Position numbers and translations under genes: made by a program
Shown: positions 1 to 9,458 of the stretch, piece by piece
Position numbering within the stretch: the first letter of the stretch is position 1
Layout of the letters: every line of letters begins with the position of its first letter
The notes under the pieces: generated by a model
Seen by the model: the letters and a program-made list of their open reading frames with translations, nothing else
What the model was told of the DNA's origin: nothing
Database searches by the model: none
From: an uncultured Acidobacteriaceae bacterium
Lineage (GTDB): Bacteria; Acidobacteriota; Terriglobia; Terriglobales; Acidobacteriaceae
Direction of reading: 5' to 3'
Assembly (NCBI GenBank): GCA_964243375.1
Contig: CAXTEE010000005.1
Coordinates: forward strand, 51,006 to 115,005
DNA: 64,000 bases

Positions 1-969
1 ACCAGCAGCCCACGGTGTCGCGGGTGTTAGGCTCCACCGAGTTTCCGCCTCGTCGATGGCTACGTGTCCCTCTACGCGCTGCCCGGTGACTGTGATGGCG
101 GTGGTGAGCAACGCCCAGTCGAGTGGGGCTGGAAATTGCAGCACCAGCGCGTCGAGTGTGTGTGCAGCGGGCGGAAAGAGCCGCCATTGTTCCACCGCGA
201 TGGCATCCCGCACTGGAGCTGAGACACGGAAGCGTTTCTCCTTGGAACCAGCGAGCGGTTGGCCACAAGCGTCGAGCATGCCAGCGCCGACCATCAGGGT
301 GTAGCACTGGCCGCTGACCAAGGGCGGCCCAAGCTCGCGGTGAGGTCCAACTCCGCGCTTGAGCCGGCCGGGGTCAAGAAGGATGGTGAGCGTCCGCATA
401 CTGCGATCCCAGAGCTCGACCGGGGAACGGTAGAGCACGTCCGGCGCAGGCTCGCCATCGGGACCGAGTAGCTGTATCTGCTGCTCGGCATAGCCGCGCC
501 ACATCGGTTTTGAAAATACGACGTAGAAGCGGAGAAGGTTTTCAGGCAGACAATCTCCCGTCGGGTAGATCTCCTGCACCACGGCAGGCGAAAGCAATGG
601 AGGCTTCGGTACGGAGAACTCGAGACTGATCGACTCCGGGGCTGCGGGGTCACCGAGCACCTCAGGATGGAAGGTTGCACGATAGCCTACGCCAGGCACA
701 GGCGGGAAGTGTGGCACGAAATGCAGACCGTCCTCAAGAACCAGGCAGCGACCAGCGACGGGTGGAAAAGCGTCGTCGTGAGGCGTGCCGTGCTCAATGA
801 CATCGACGGTAAGCACGTCCAGCAGGGAACCGCCCGACTGTACGAGCCGGTCGAGTGCAGCCTGCTGCTGTGCGCTGAGAGGCGAGATCGAAACCGCGAC
901 CGCTCCGGGCTGACCCGAGTTGAGGTCAGCCCGGAGTACCGGACCACGCAGCGTCTGATCAAGACTCAC
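1..969 (-). CDS. Uncharacterised conserved protein (possibly Ig-like), runs off left edge; absent from ORF track
   Basis: Manual translation from GTG at 969 (AAGGA upstream), open to base 1 in the segments checked: MSLDQTLRGPVLRADL...IYPTGDCLPENLLRFYVVFSKPMWRG...AIDEAETRWSLTPATPWAAG. Overlaps the upstream stop by 11 nt. Confidence 0.8.
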   Translation of the reverse strand, partial: MSLDQTLRGPVLRADLNSGQPGAVAVSISPLSAQQQAALDRLVQSGGSLLDVLTVDVIEHGTPHDDAFPPVAGRCLVLEDGLHFVPHFPPVPGVGYRATFHPEVLGDPAAPESISLEFSVPKPPLLSPAVVQEIYPTGDCLPENLLRFYVVFSKPMWRGYAEQQIQLLGPDGEPAPDVLYRSPVELWDRSMRTLTILLDPGRLKRGVGPHRELGPPLVSGQCYTLMVGAGMLDACGQPLAGSKEKRFRVSAPVRDAIAVEQWRLFPPAAHTLDALVLQFPAPLDWALLTTAITVTGQRVEGHVAIDEAETRWSLTPATPWAAG

Positions 970-2251
970 GGACGATGTCCTTGCGGTGTTCGGCGTAGTG
1001 GAACGGGTCCGGTCCGCCGGGCCAGTTCATCTCCGACATGCCGTCCTTGCGTTCGAAGCAGTAAGGCATTGCTAGGCTGCTGAGGTCTAGGCGATAGCCC
1101 GAAGCGGGATGGCGCCAGACCTGCACTGCGAACTGCTCATTGAGGATGTCGAAATGATCCGACCGCACGGGCAGCGCGCCCTGTGTTTTACCCAGTCCCC
1201 CAAGCGAGAAGTCTATGGGGCCGCCGGTGGGCTCGGCGGGAGCCGATTGCAGGTCGAGCACCGCAATCTGTGAAGCGCTGCGGGTGTCGATTGTGACCAT
1301 AAGGTAGTCCTTCTTGTCGAAAGGGTTGGTATAGGTCAGCATGTCAACGGGGTTGCTGCCATAACCTAGCTGGCCGATGAGATCGCCGCGCACATGGGCG
1401 CCGTCCTTGAGCGCGTTAAGCGGAAATCGGACCAGCGGTGTGCACCCGTAAACGGCAAAGAGGAACGGTTCGCCGCCGAACTCGCGGATCTGCTGGCGGA
1501 TTATTGGCGCGCGCGTCTCAAACTCGCCATGAACGGGATGCCAGATCTCCACGGTTGTGGTGGAAGACTGGCGGTTGAAGGGGTACGCAACGCGGTGCAG
1601 CGTGGAGGCGAATCGTTGGTTACTGATGCCAACGATAAAGATCTCGCCCTTGTAAAACTTGATGTCTGTAATGGCAAAGACACGTTGCGGATTGAACTCG
1701 AGCATAGCGTTGGGTGCCGGCTCATTTGGCAGCAGAGTCTGTGTGTGGGGGATTCGATCGAGCTCCAGCAGCTCCAGCTTTCCGTGATTCACCTTGACGA
1801 TGGCCGGCATAGCATCTGCCCCGCGACCACGCTCAACCGAGAGGAAGACTTGCTCGTTTGGTTGATGCACAACCATGTCGTTGACGACTACCCTGTCGTA
1901 CGTGGTGCCCAGCAGCGCCGCCAGCTTGCCGTCGAGACCGGTTATCAGATCGCGGCCTTCAAAATTATGGAAGTTGCCGAGTTCCACGCCGGCCTGCGAG
2001 GTAAAGTCTGTCTCCCGCAAGGCAAAGGCGTGAACGGCCCCGCCGGCGATATCGCCCACGAAGAGCACGTTGCCGTCGCCGAAGGTCATGACGCCAGCGG
2101 ACCGGAGCGGACCGGACACCGAAGCCGCGGGAGCCACTGCCGCGGACTCAGCCGATGCGGAGCCGGCGACTGCGAGGCCAATGGTGGAGAGCGCAGCGGC
2201 GCGCAGGAGCGAGCGCCTGGATAACCCGGCTGATTCTTGTGTGATCTTCAT
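959..2251 (-). CDS. Tat-exported hypothetical protein, beta-rich
   Basis: Twin-arginine signal (LSRRSLL, hydrophobic stretch, ASA); long open frame; start at 2251 or 2266. Confidence 0.8.
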   Translation of the reverse strand: MKITQESAGLSRRSLLRAAALSTIGLAVAGSASAESAAVAPAASVSGPLRSAGVMTFGDGNVLFVGDIAGGAVHAFALRETDFTSQAGVELGNFHNFEGRDLITGLDGKLAALLGTTYDRVVVNDMVVHQPNEQVFLSVERGRGADAMPAIVKVNHGKLELLELDRIPHTQTLLPNEPAPNAMLEFNPQRVFAITDIKFYKGEIFIVGISNQRFASTLHRVAYPFNRQSSTTTVEIWHPVHGEFETRAPIIRQQIREFGGEPFLFAVYGCTPLVRFPLNALKDGAHVRGDLIGQLGYGSNPVDMLTYTNPFDKKDYLMVTIDTRSASQIAVLDLQSAPAEPTGGPIDFSLGGLGKTQGALPVRSDHFDILNEQFAVQVWRHPASGYRLDLSSLAMPYCFERKDGMSEMNWPGGPDPFHYAEHRKDIVRES

Positions 2252-2285
2252 GGCAAATCGTGCCACTGATTTGTGCCGGGATGCG

Positions 2286-2301
2286 CCCCCTAAAAGGGGG
2301 G
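2286..2301. promoter_or_regulatory. Quasi-palindromic CCCCCTAAAAGGGGGG, candidate operator (copy 1)
   Basis: Similar motifs at 6455, 8542 and 9294, all intergenic and upstream of genes. Confidence 0.4.
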
Positions 2302-2338
2302 TACGGGCGCATCCGCGTGCCTGGGAACTGCCCTTCGG

Positions 2339-2816
2339 TCACGAGCTGCGCAAGGTCTCTCCGGCAGCGTCGACCTATGGCTGGAAGAGAACAGCGGGCC
2401 AGTTTGGGTTGATGTGGGAGATGCGCGCGAGGCATCTCCGGAGGCCGTTTCGCTTCTGAAACCTGTCCTCGTAGGTGCCGGTTGAGACCACGCCTGCGGC
2501 GCCTTCCTGCCAGTTGACCTGCCAGCGCCAGCCAGCAGTCGCAGCGTCGCCGCCGCCATGTCTTCTAGGTCGCCCCTCGTGTGAAATTACTTGCTCACGG
2601 GAGGCGCTGTGCGCATGCTCGAACATCTGCTTGAGACCGTCGTAGTCCGCTGAAGACGATGGGACGAAGGTTATTGACCGTGAAGCTGCCCTCCGCCAGC
2701 AGAGTGCGACCTAGCGCTCGGCAGACTCATGGCGTGTCGATGCAGCGCTGGTGAAGGTTGCCCTGCACGAGGATCTCAAATTGATCGGTGCTGCTCAGAG
2801 CCAGGTTGTCAGGCAT
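2339..2816 (-). pseudogene. SnoaL/NTF2-like pseudogene
   Basis: GAGGAG RBS and ATG at 2816 (MPDNLALSSTDQFEIL); in-frame stops and frameshifts; fragment WRWQVNWQEGAAGVVSTGTYEDRFQKRNG is SnoaL-like; TAG at 2375 interrupts the C-terminus. Confidence 0.6.
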
Positions 2817-2849
2817 AGGGTCTCCTCAGGTTGCTGCTGCTGTTTGCTT

Positions 2850-4310
2850 TTAGAATTTGTAGCCCAGCCATGCGGAGGCGTAGTTCAGGTTGTGCGATCC
2901 GCCTGATTGCCGAAGGAACGGACCTGCGAAGAAGACGCCGTAGTCGGCCCGGAGATAGCTGTGCCTGTCGATCTGCCAGCGCGTCTCTACCCCGGGTCGG
3001 TGGCCGACGAAGCGTGCCGTGCTGCCGGTAGCTGCAACGAGGAGGTTGCCCGGAACACCGTACACGCCGTCGCCGAGGCTAGCCCGCCACCAGACCACGT
3101 CGTCTGCTGTGATGGTCACTCGGGGTAACGGCGTCAGGATCAGCCTGGGGTGAAGATCGCGAAAATTCACCGGGCCGGGGCCGGTATCGGCGAGCACGCC
3201 GAAGTAGTCGCCGATGGGAAAGAGCGGGTTGTAGGTGCGCAGGACACCGTCGTGCTGTCGGTGATCGCCACTGGCAGTGTCCGCGCGCAGATCGACACGC
3301 GGCGCTAGGGGCAGCCGCGGGAAGAGCAGACCTATCTCGGTCGCTAGCCCCCACGCTCGCACGGGGCTCGATCCGAAGCTGCCGAACTGGTAGATCGATT
3401 CCACGTCGACGTGCGGGACGACGCGGTGGGCACCGACATCTCTAGGCGGCATGCTGGCGAACCGGCCCCCTACTGTCTGGCGAACCTCATGCGCGGTCCC
3501 TTGATTGAACACTGCCAGCTTGCGGTCGAGACCGAAGTAGTAGACGTCAGTTTCGTACTGCTCGAAGCGATGCCACAGGCGGTGCGACTCTGCACCCCAG
3601 AAGCCGACGGAGCCCGTGGGGCCGTCGTTGAAGTAGCCGAAGTTATCCTGCGCCGGCCTGGTGGCGAAACCGGTGGTATGCCACTGGCCCAGCATCTGGT
3701 CCACGCGTATGCCGAAGAAGCCCTGCCGCACGTTCGGTCCTTCCCGCACGGAGACGAGGCGACCCCCGCCGAACTGCAGCTCCTGCTTGCCTATGCGGAT
3801 CGAGGGGCTATGGGCGCTGGGTGACGGACGCACTTCGAGGAAGGCGTTGAGCAGGTCGAGCTGCTTTTCGTCGATGGGCCGCGGACCGCCTGGCCGACCC
3901 TGTTCGATCCCACTTTCCAGCTGAAGAAAGAGCCTGATCCGCGGCGTAGCGTGCACGTCCGCGTGGAGAAGATATCGCTGCATGCCGAAGGAGTTGAGCG
4001 CGTAGGGCGAGGAGCTCCAGTTATCGTTCTGCACCCGCTCGTAGGTTCCGCGGAATTCGCCGCCAAGGCTGAGATAGCTGCCCTCCTTCTCCCCGAGCGG
4101 AATGTACTTGAGCAGGTCGAGCAAGTCAGTCCGCAGCGATGGATCGCGCAGAGCACTCCAGTCTTCGTCCGGACGCACCACGTTGATGGAAGGCCGCCCT
4201 GCCTCTGTGGACAGGGCCTCCGGTGTCTGCGATCGCAGACGATGACCACGCATTATCACGAGGATGAAAACCGCGATACACCAGGACCTGCTGACCGCGT
4301 GAGTTCCCAA
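2850..4310 (-). CDS. Alginate export family (AlgE-like) outer-membrane beta-barrel
   Basis: DEDWS..LKYIPL..LSLGGEFR N-terminus, IGKQELQFGGGRLVSVREGPNVRQ, terminal aromatic residue (GYKF); TTG start at 4310 with GGAG. Confidence 0.85.
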   Translation of the reverse strand: MGTHAVSRSWCIAVFILVIMRGHRLRSQTPEALSTEAGRPSINVVRPDEDWSALRDPSLRTDLLDLLKYIPLGEKEGSYLSLGGEFRGTYERVQNDNWSSSPYALNSFGMQRYLLHADVHATPRIRLFLQLESGIEQGRPGGPRPIDEKQLDLLNAFLEVRPSPSAHSPSIRIGKQELQFGGGRLVSVREGPNVRQGFFGIRVDQMLGQWHTTGFATRPAQDNFGYFNDGPTGSVGFWGAESHRLWHRFEQYETDVYYFGLDRKLAVFNQGTAHEVRQTVGGRFASMPPRDVGAHRVVPHVDVESIYQFGSFGSSPVRAWGLATEIGLLFPRLPLAPRVDLRADTASGDHRQHDGVLRTYNPLFPIGDYFGVLADTGPGPVNFRDLHPRLILTPLPRVTITADDVVWWRASLGDGVYGVPGNLLVAATGSTARFVGHRPGVETRWQIDRHSYLRADYGVFFAGPFLRQSGGSHNLNYASAWLGYKF

Positions 4311-4341
4311 CGTGCTCTCCTGTTTCACAGGCCCGCGAGGT

Positions 4342-5253
4342 CTAGAGATCGCCGAAGCTGCTAAGGGCCGCACGCGCCACCGGCTCTCCCCACTCCTGCA
4401 CGAAGTGACCTGCTCCCTCGACGACCATTGGTGCAGGACAGCCACGTATTTTCTTCTGCAGTTCGAGCATGGACTCCAGGCCGAAGTTCATATCCCTAGG
4501 GCCGACGGCCATGAACGTGGGTCCATTCCACTGCTCGCTCCAGAAGCGCACGGCGGCCTCAGCTTCCGGAATGCCCTCCATGCCTGGCTCTACCATGACG
4601 AGGTCTGGAAAGACACGAACACCGGCCTTGTAGCGCACGTCAGGAAATGGAGCATCGTAGGCGGCAGCCTCGGCGTCGGTGAGGTGCGGGATGACGCTTT
4701 TCAGATAGCTGCCGACTTTAAAGTCGAACGTGGTGCGAACTCGCTGGCGCCACTTGTAAAAAGCCGGGCGGCCGATCTCCCCGACCGGGATAGTGGTATT
4801 CATCACGATCAGCCGGGCCAGCCGAGCGCGAAAACCGAGGTCGACCGGAAGTGTGAGGCCAAGCATGCCGCCCCAGTCCTGCACGACAAGCGTGATGTGT
4901 CCCAGGTTGAGGTGCTCGACGAAGCGCAGCAGGAAGTTGCGAAAGAAATGGAAGGTGTACTGCTCCACCTTTACGGGTTTGTCGGACATGCCGAAGCCCG
5001 GGAAGTCCGGTGCCACGACGCGGGCGCCGGACTCGAGCAGCACGGGGATCATCCTGCGATAGAGATAGCTCCAGTCGGGCTCGCCATGCAGGCATAAGAA
5101 GGTGTGTTTCGCGTCGCGCGGACCTAGGTCGAGGAAGTGGACGCGCAGCCCTTCGTAGCCCGGGAGTGTGTCGACATACTTGGGCTCGTAAGGAAAGTCC
5201 GGAAGATCTTTGAACCGATCTTCGGGGGTACGCAGCGCTTCTATAGGGGCCAT
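4342..5253 (-). CDS. Haloalkane dehalogenase (alpha/beta hydrolase)
   Basis: LRTPEDRF N-terminus, HGEPDWSY, nucleophile QDWGG (Asp followed by halide-binding Trp), AGHFVQE catalytic His. Confidence 0.9.
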   Translation of the reverse strand: MAPIEALRTPEDRFKDLPDFPYEPKYVDTLPGYEGLRVHFLDLGPRDAKHTFLCLHGEPDWSYLYRRMIPVLLESGARVVAPDFPGFGMSDKPVKVEQYTFHFFRNFLLRFVEHLNLGHITLVVQDWGGMLGLTLPVDLGFRARLARLIVMNTTIPVGEIGRPAFYKWRQRVRTTFDFKVGSYLKSVIPHLTDAEAAAYDAPFPDVRYKAGVRVFPDLVMVEPGMEGIPEAEAAVRFWSEQWNGPTFMAVGPRDMNFGLESMLELQKKIRGCPAPMVVEGAGHFVQEWGEPVARAALSSFGDL

Positions 5254-5317
5254 CGGAGTACTCCTCGTTGCGTTCAGGGCTAAGTACGTGGTCGACCTTG
5301 TAGGGAACGACGTACAC

Positions 5318-6361
5318 CTAATGCACGCCGACGTCCCATTGCGCGTAAACCAAGGCGGTGTGACAGTGGCTGGGCGCTTCCACGTCTACGTCGTCCAGCT
5401 TGCTCTTCCAGCGGCCGACGATCTCGCGCGCGCACTGGCCCTCCTCATCCTCGATAAGCACCCTGCCGATAGCGAACGAGTTCTCCGCACCGTATTTTGC
5501 AACCGCGGTTCTGTACAGGGCGCTGTGATCTTCCACGAGAATGCGCGCTACGGTGTTGTAAATGTCATTGACGTAGTCCCGCGTGAGGCGCACATCTTCG
5601 TGAGTAGCGGGCAGGCTGTGATGGCCGGGTACCATGAGGTCGAAGTCAAGGGCCATGAGCTCGTCGAAGATCTTCAGGTAGGCATGCATGTTCATGGTGA
5701 GATCGAGATTCATGAAGGGCACGGCACCTGAGGAAAGCGCGTCGACGGCGATGACGACCTTGTCTGCGGGAAAGCGGATCAGGAGGTCTCCGTCGTTCGA
5801 GTGCCAATGATGGACTTGCATCTCGGCTTGCATGGTGCCCACGGAGAGCGTCGCATGGTCTTTGAAGGTTTCGGTCGGCAGCGGGCGGCGGGTGTCCTTC
5901 ATGTCGCGCAGAAACTCCGCGGTGCCTTCTTCACACATGATCTTCAGGCCGGGGTAGGCGGCGAGCAGCAGGCCCGCGCCGCCGATATGATCGACATGCG
6001 CGTGCGTGTAGACCAGCTCTACGACCGGCTCGTTGGTGGTGGCGGAGACTGCCTCGGGGATGTGTTTCGCGAACGATGGCGGAGCGTCGAACAGCACGAC
6101 CCCTTTCCCCGTGGTCACGAAGGCGGATTCGTACCCGCCATCGGTAATCATGTAGATGTGCGGCTTGAGCGGTGTCACCAGATAGCCCTTGGCGGGATCG
6201 ATCTTCGGTGTTCTGGCGCTGACTTGCGGGAGCAGGGGGCGGTAGTTCGGGAGTGCCTCGCCTGTGTCCGCGCTGGTCTGCGCACCCTTGGCTCCTCCGG
6301 CGAGGGACCCGGCGGCTAGAACTGCCCATGCGATATACGCCTTTGCGTGTGTGAACATCAT
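5318..6361 (-). CDS. Secreted MBL-fold metallo-hydrolase
   Basis: Signal peptide; HAHVDH (HxHxDH), PGHH. Confidence 0.85.
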   Translation of the reverse strand: MMFTHAKAYIAWAVLAAGSLAGGAKGAQTSADTGEALPNYRPLLPQVSARTPKIDPAKGYLVTPLKPHIYMITDGGYESAFVTTGKGVVLFDAPPSFAKHIPEAVSATTNEPVVELVYTHAHVDHIGGAGLLLAAYPGLKIMCEEGTAEFLRDMKDTRRPLPTETFKDHATLSVGTMQAEMQVHHWHSNDGDLLIRFPADKVVIAVDALSSGAVPFMNLDLTMNMHAYLKIFDELMALDFDLMVPGHHSLPATHEDVRLTRDYVNDIYNTVARILVEDHSALYRTAVAKYGAENSFAIGRVLIEDEEGQCAREIVGRWKSKLDDVDVEAPSHCHTALVYAQWDVGVH

Positions 6362-6454
6362 TACCTTCTTCTCCGATAGTTCAGGCCAGCTGCCCCTGCT
6401 TCAGCTTAGGGAGGCTTGGCTGCAGAAGTCGCACCCTATCCGGGGATGGGCGGA

Positions 6455-6471
6455 CCCCCTCAAAAGTGGGG
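6455..6471. promoter_or_regulatory. CCCCCTCAAAAGTGGGG candidate operator (copy 2)
   Basis: In the divergent gap between MBL and marC. Confidence 0.4.
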
Positions 6472-6677
6472 CTTGGCATGCGCAAGGCGTTTATAGCGCG
6501 GCGCAAATGCGGAAGTTGCCTGCAGAACAGAAGGCGAGCACCGCTCGAAAGTATGGCTGAGACCTCCCCTAGAGGAGCGTTCCCAACATCGCGTCGCGTG
6601 TGGGAGCTTAGGAGGTGCAGGGCTGAGGCTAAGCACTTGGCCTGATCGACTGATGCACGTTTCCTGCATGCGGAGGA

Positions 6678-7361
6678 TTGATGACGGGGGTGGGTCAATA
6701 CTTTCTTCTAGCCTTTACGGCGCTGCTGCCGCTGGTCAATCCGTTCGGATCCGCGCTGGTGTTTCTCGGGATGGTCGGCGAGGAGCCCGATGAAGTTTAC
6801 CGGCAGCTGGCTCGACGGGTGGCGGCGGCAACCCTCGTATTTCTACTGAGCATTGAATACCTCGGCTCGGTTGTCCTGGGGTTCTTCGGCATTGCGTTGC
6901 CCATGGTGCAGGTCGCTGGAGGTCTGGTCATCGCGGCGACGGCCTGGAACCTGCTGTTTCAGAAGGATGCGGACGCGCATACACGGGACAAGCAGCAGGA
7001 GACAGGAGGTGATCCCGCTGGTCAGACTGCTGCCGCAGCGCAGGACCTGTCGGGCCGGATCTTCTACCCGTTCACCTTTCCCCTCACCGCCGGGCCTGGC
7101 TGTCTGGTTGTGGTTCTCACGCTCAGCGCCAAGGCATCAGAGATGTGGCTGCTCGACAAAGCCGCCGCTCATGCGGGCATCGGCATGGCGATCCTCTGCC
7201 TGTGTGCGCTGGTGTACGGCTGTTACGGATACTCGCCCCGCATCGTCAAGGTGATGTCGCCCTCGATGGCGCACGGGGTGTTGCGCGTCATATCGTTTCT
7301 GCTGCTGTGCCTGGGCATTCAGCTCTTCTGGAATGGATTGCTTACGCTGCGGCACGGGTGA
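6678..7361 (+). CDS. marC: MarC family integral membrane protein
   Basis: LLPLVNPFGS, VAGGLVI, PFTFPLTAGPG, GIQLF; GGAGG RBS. Confidence 0.9.
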   Translation: MMTGVGQYFLLAFTALLPLVNPFGSALVFLGMVGEEPDEVYRQLARRVAAATLVFLLSIEYLGSVVLGFFGIALPMVQVAGGLVIAATAWNLLFQKDADAHTRDKQQETGGDPAGQTAAAAQDLSGRIFYPFTFPLTAGPGCLVVVLTLSAKASEMWLLDKAAAHAGIGMAILCLCALVYGCYGYSPRIVKVMSPSMAHGVLRVISFLLLCLGIQLFWNGLLTLRHG

Positions 7362-7377
7362 GCACGCGGAGCTCCTC

Positions 7378-8001
7378 CTAGACCGCGATGTAGCCGCGGC
7401 GCATGGCGATGACTACCGCGTGGGTTCTGTCTGTCGCTCCGAGCTTGGCGAAAACGGACTTGAGATGGGCACGCACGGTCTCTTCGGAGACCCGCAGTGC
7501 GGCCGCAACCGCCTTGTTGCTGCAGCCCGCCGAGACTGCCTGGATCACCTCGATCTCGCGATCGCTTAGCGGATCCGCGATCAGGTGGGCGGCGATGTTC
7601 TCTGCCACCTCTGGCGAGATCCGGCGCTCACCAGCGTGCGTGGCGCGGATCGCGCTGACGAGCTCACTGCGTAAGGCGCTTTTCAGAAGGTAGCTGACTG
7701 CGCCGGCACGCAGGGCGCGCAACGCCTGGACGTCGGAGGCAAAGGTCGTCAACGCGATGATCTTCGCGGTCGGATACCGTTTGCAGATGCACCGGATCAC
7801 GTCGGAACCATGGATGTCAGGCAGGCGAAGGTCCATGATCGTCACGTCCGGTCGCAACTGGTCGAACTTGCTCAGAGCATCCACGCCGCGATACGCGGTG
7901 CCCACCAGTCTGAGGTCCGGTTCGCTCTCGAGCATGAAGCCTATTCCCTCTTGGATCAGAGGGTGGTCGTCCACACAAAGCACCTTGATGGGCGGGGTCA
8001 T
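7378..8001 (-). CDS. NarL/LuxR-family response regulator
   Basis: True start MTPPIKVLCVDDH at 8001; REC domain (MDLRLP) and LuxR HTH (LSDREIEV..SNKAVA..VSEETVRAH). Confidence 0.92.
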   Translation of the reverse strand: MTPPIKVLCVDDHPLIQEGIGFMLESEPDLRLVGTAYRGVDALSKFDQLRPDVTIMDLRLPDIHGSDVIRCICKRYPTAKIIALTTFASDVQALRALRAGAVSYLLKSALRSELVSAIRATHAGERRISPEVAENIAAHLIADPLSDREIEVIQAVSAGCSNKAVAAALRVSEETVRAHLKSVFAKLGATDRTHAVVIAMRRGYIAV

Positions 8002-8459
8002 AGACGGTCGTCTCTGCCTTCCGGCGGGCTCCGGTAGCTGTTCTTGGCCGGCGATTGAAAGTCGTGGTCCCGCGCTTCGGTCTCGGAATGAAAGGCTACC
8101 TGCTCGAAGCGCCTGCGTCCGGCTGACACCAGGTGATCCGCCTCTGAGAGCGCGTGGTCCATCAATTTTCTGGAGATATGGTCCTCTCCCATCTTCTGTG
8201 CTGCCACATGGAACGTAAGCAGCAGACCCTGGACGCCCTGGAGCAGTTGATCCGTGACATCGTCCGTCTCCTGGATCCGCTGGTTCGCCCTCTCGTTTGC
8301 GTGCTGGCTGGCATGCTTGAGGGCGACGTAACGATAGAGGATGGGGAGCATAGCAAGCATCATGGCAAGCAGGACCACCACTGTGAGTGCGATCCAGAAG
8401 GCAGTACCGGCTGTATGGGCCCACATCGAGCGCCTCACTTTTCCCTGCCGAGCAGACAA
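7998..8459 (-). CDS. Membrane-anchored HisKA_3-like fragment lacking the phospho-His and the HATPase domain
   Basis: One TM, then QETDDVTDQLLQGVQGLLLTFHVAAQ versus IARDLHDTLLQGMQGLLMSFHVAAQ in the 17.5 kb kinase; ATGA overlap with the regulator; start uncertain (8459 or 8426). Confidence 0.65.
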   Translation of the reverse strand: MSARQGKVRRSMWAHTAGTAFWIALTVVVLLAMMLAMLPILYRYVALKHASQHANERANQRIQETDDVTDQLLQGVQGLLLTFHVAAQKMGEDHISRKLMDHALSEADHLVSAGRRRFEQVAFHSETEARDHDFQSPAKNSYRSPPEGRDDRL

Positions 8460-8541
8460 CTGGCGAAGATGCCAGCGTCAGAAGCGCCAGCGCCAGCAAC
8501 ACGATGTGGGCAACACTACGCCTCCCTCCTTTGTCTGCGCT

Positions 8542-8557
8542 CCACCCGAAAGGAGGG
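8542..8557. promoter_or_regulatory. CCACCCGAAAGGAGGG candidate operator (degenerate copy 3)
   Basis: Between the divergent regulator units. Confidence 0.3.
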
Positions 8558-8644
8558 TTTTGCAAACAAGAGCGATGTGCCAAGATGCGAAGATACGGCG
8601 GGGAGCATTCTCCGGGACCGGGCAGCACACGCCTAAGGGTGTCC

Positions 8645-9280
8645 ATGCAAACAATGGCCAAGCCGCAGATACGCATTCTTGTAGTCGACGATCATCCCGT
8701 GCTGCGCGAAGGGCTGGCAACGATGATCGCGAGCCAGGACGACCTCGTCATGGTGGCTGAGGCCGGTGATGGACGGCAGGCATTAGAGCAGTTTGAGCTG
8801 CATCGGCCCGATATTACGCTGCTGGATCTGCGCCTGCCCGATATGACCGGTATCGAGGTCATCCAGACGATCAGCGCCAGGCATCCGGGGGCCAAGATTA
8901 TCGTGCTGACGACGTACCTGGGGGATGTGCAGGCGCTGCGTTCGCTAGAGGCCGGCGCGCTCGGCTACCTGCTGAAGGCGACGCTGCGCCGGGACTTGCT
9001 GGACACCATCCGCGCGGTGCAGGAGGGCAAGCGCCGCGTGCCGGTGGAGGTGGCTTCGCAGCTCGCGGCCCACGCCATGGATGACGCTCTTACGCCGCGC
9101 GAGATCGACGTGCTGCAGGAGATCGCGGCGGGCTGCTCGAACAAGGCCGCCGCCAACCGGCTGTCGATCAGCGAGGATACCGTGAAGGGACACGTACGCA
9201 ACATCCTCTCCAAGCTGGGCGCGAACGACCGTACGCACGCCGTGACGATTGCGTTGCGCCGCGGCTTTATAGACCTGTAA
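8645..9280 (+). CDS. NarL/LuxR-family response regulator
   Basis: IRILVVDDHPVLREG, LDLRLP, LTPREIDV..SNKAAA..ISEDTVKGH; start 8645 or 8654. Confidence 0.92.
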   Translation: MQTMAKPQIRILVVDDHPVLREGLATMIASQDDLVMVAEAGDGRQALEQFELHRPDITLLDLRLPDMTGIEVIQTISARHPGAKIIVLTTYLGDVQALRSLEAGALGYLLKATLRRDLLDTIRAVQEGKRRVPVEVASQLAAHAMDDALTPREIDVLQEIAAGCSNKAAANRLSISEDTVKGHVRNILSKLGANDRTHAVTIALRRGFIDL

Positions 9281-9291
9281 TCAGAGCGCAG

Positions 9292-9314
9292 CTCCCCCTC
9301 CAAAGTGGGGGGAG
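9292..9314. promoter_or_regulatory. CTCCCCCTCCAAAGTGGGGGGAG candidate operator or hairpin (copy 4)
   Basis: After the regulator stop and upstream of the redox cluster; could also be a terminator stem. Confidence 0.4.
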
Positions 9315-9458
9315 ACACTCCCCCGTCCTGCGCTTCCGACCCGTGATCTCTGCTGCGTATCGTCGATTCAGAGTCAGCGTACACGGCTGTCTGGCATGGA
9401 CGGATGCGGCCACGCTCACTTCGGCGCTTGAGTGTTCAACAGCATAGAGAGGTTCACG

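Noticed and set aside
7378-9280. 432-aa and 297-aa ORF calls for the two response regulators
   Set aside because: The N-terminal extensions overlap other genes; the REC domains start at 8001 and 8645
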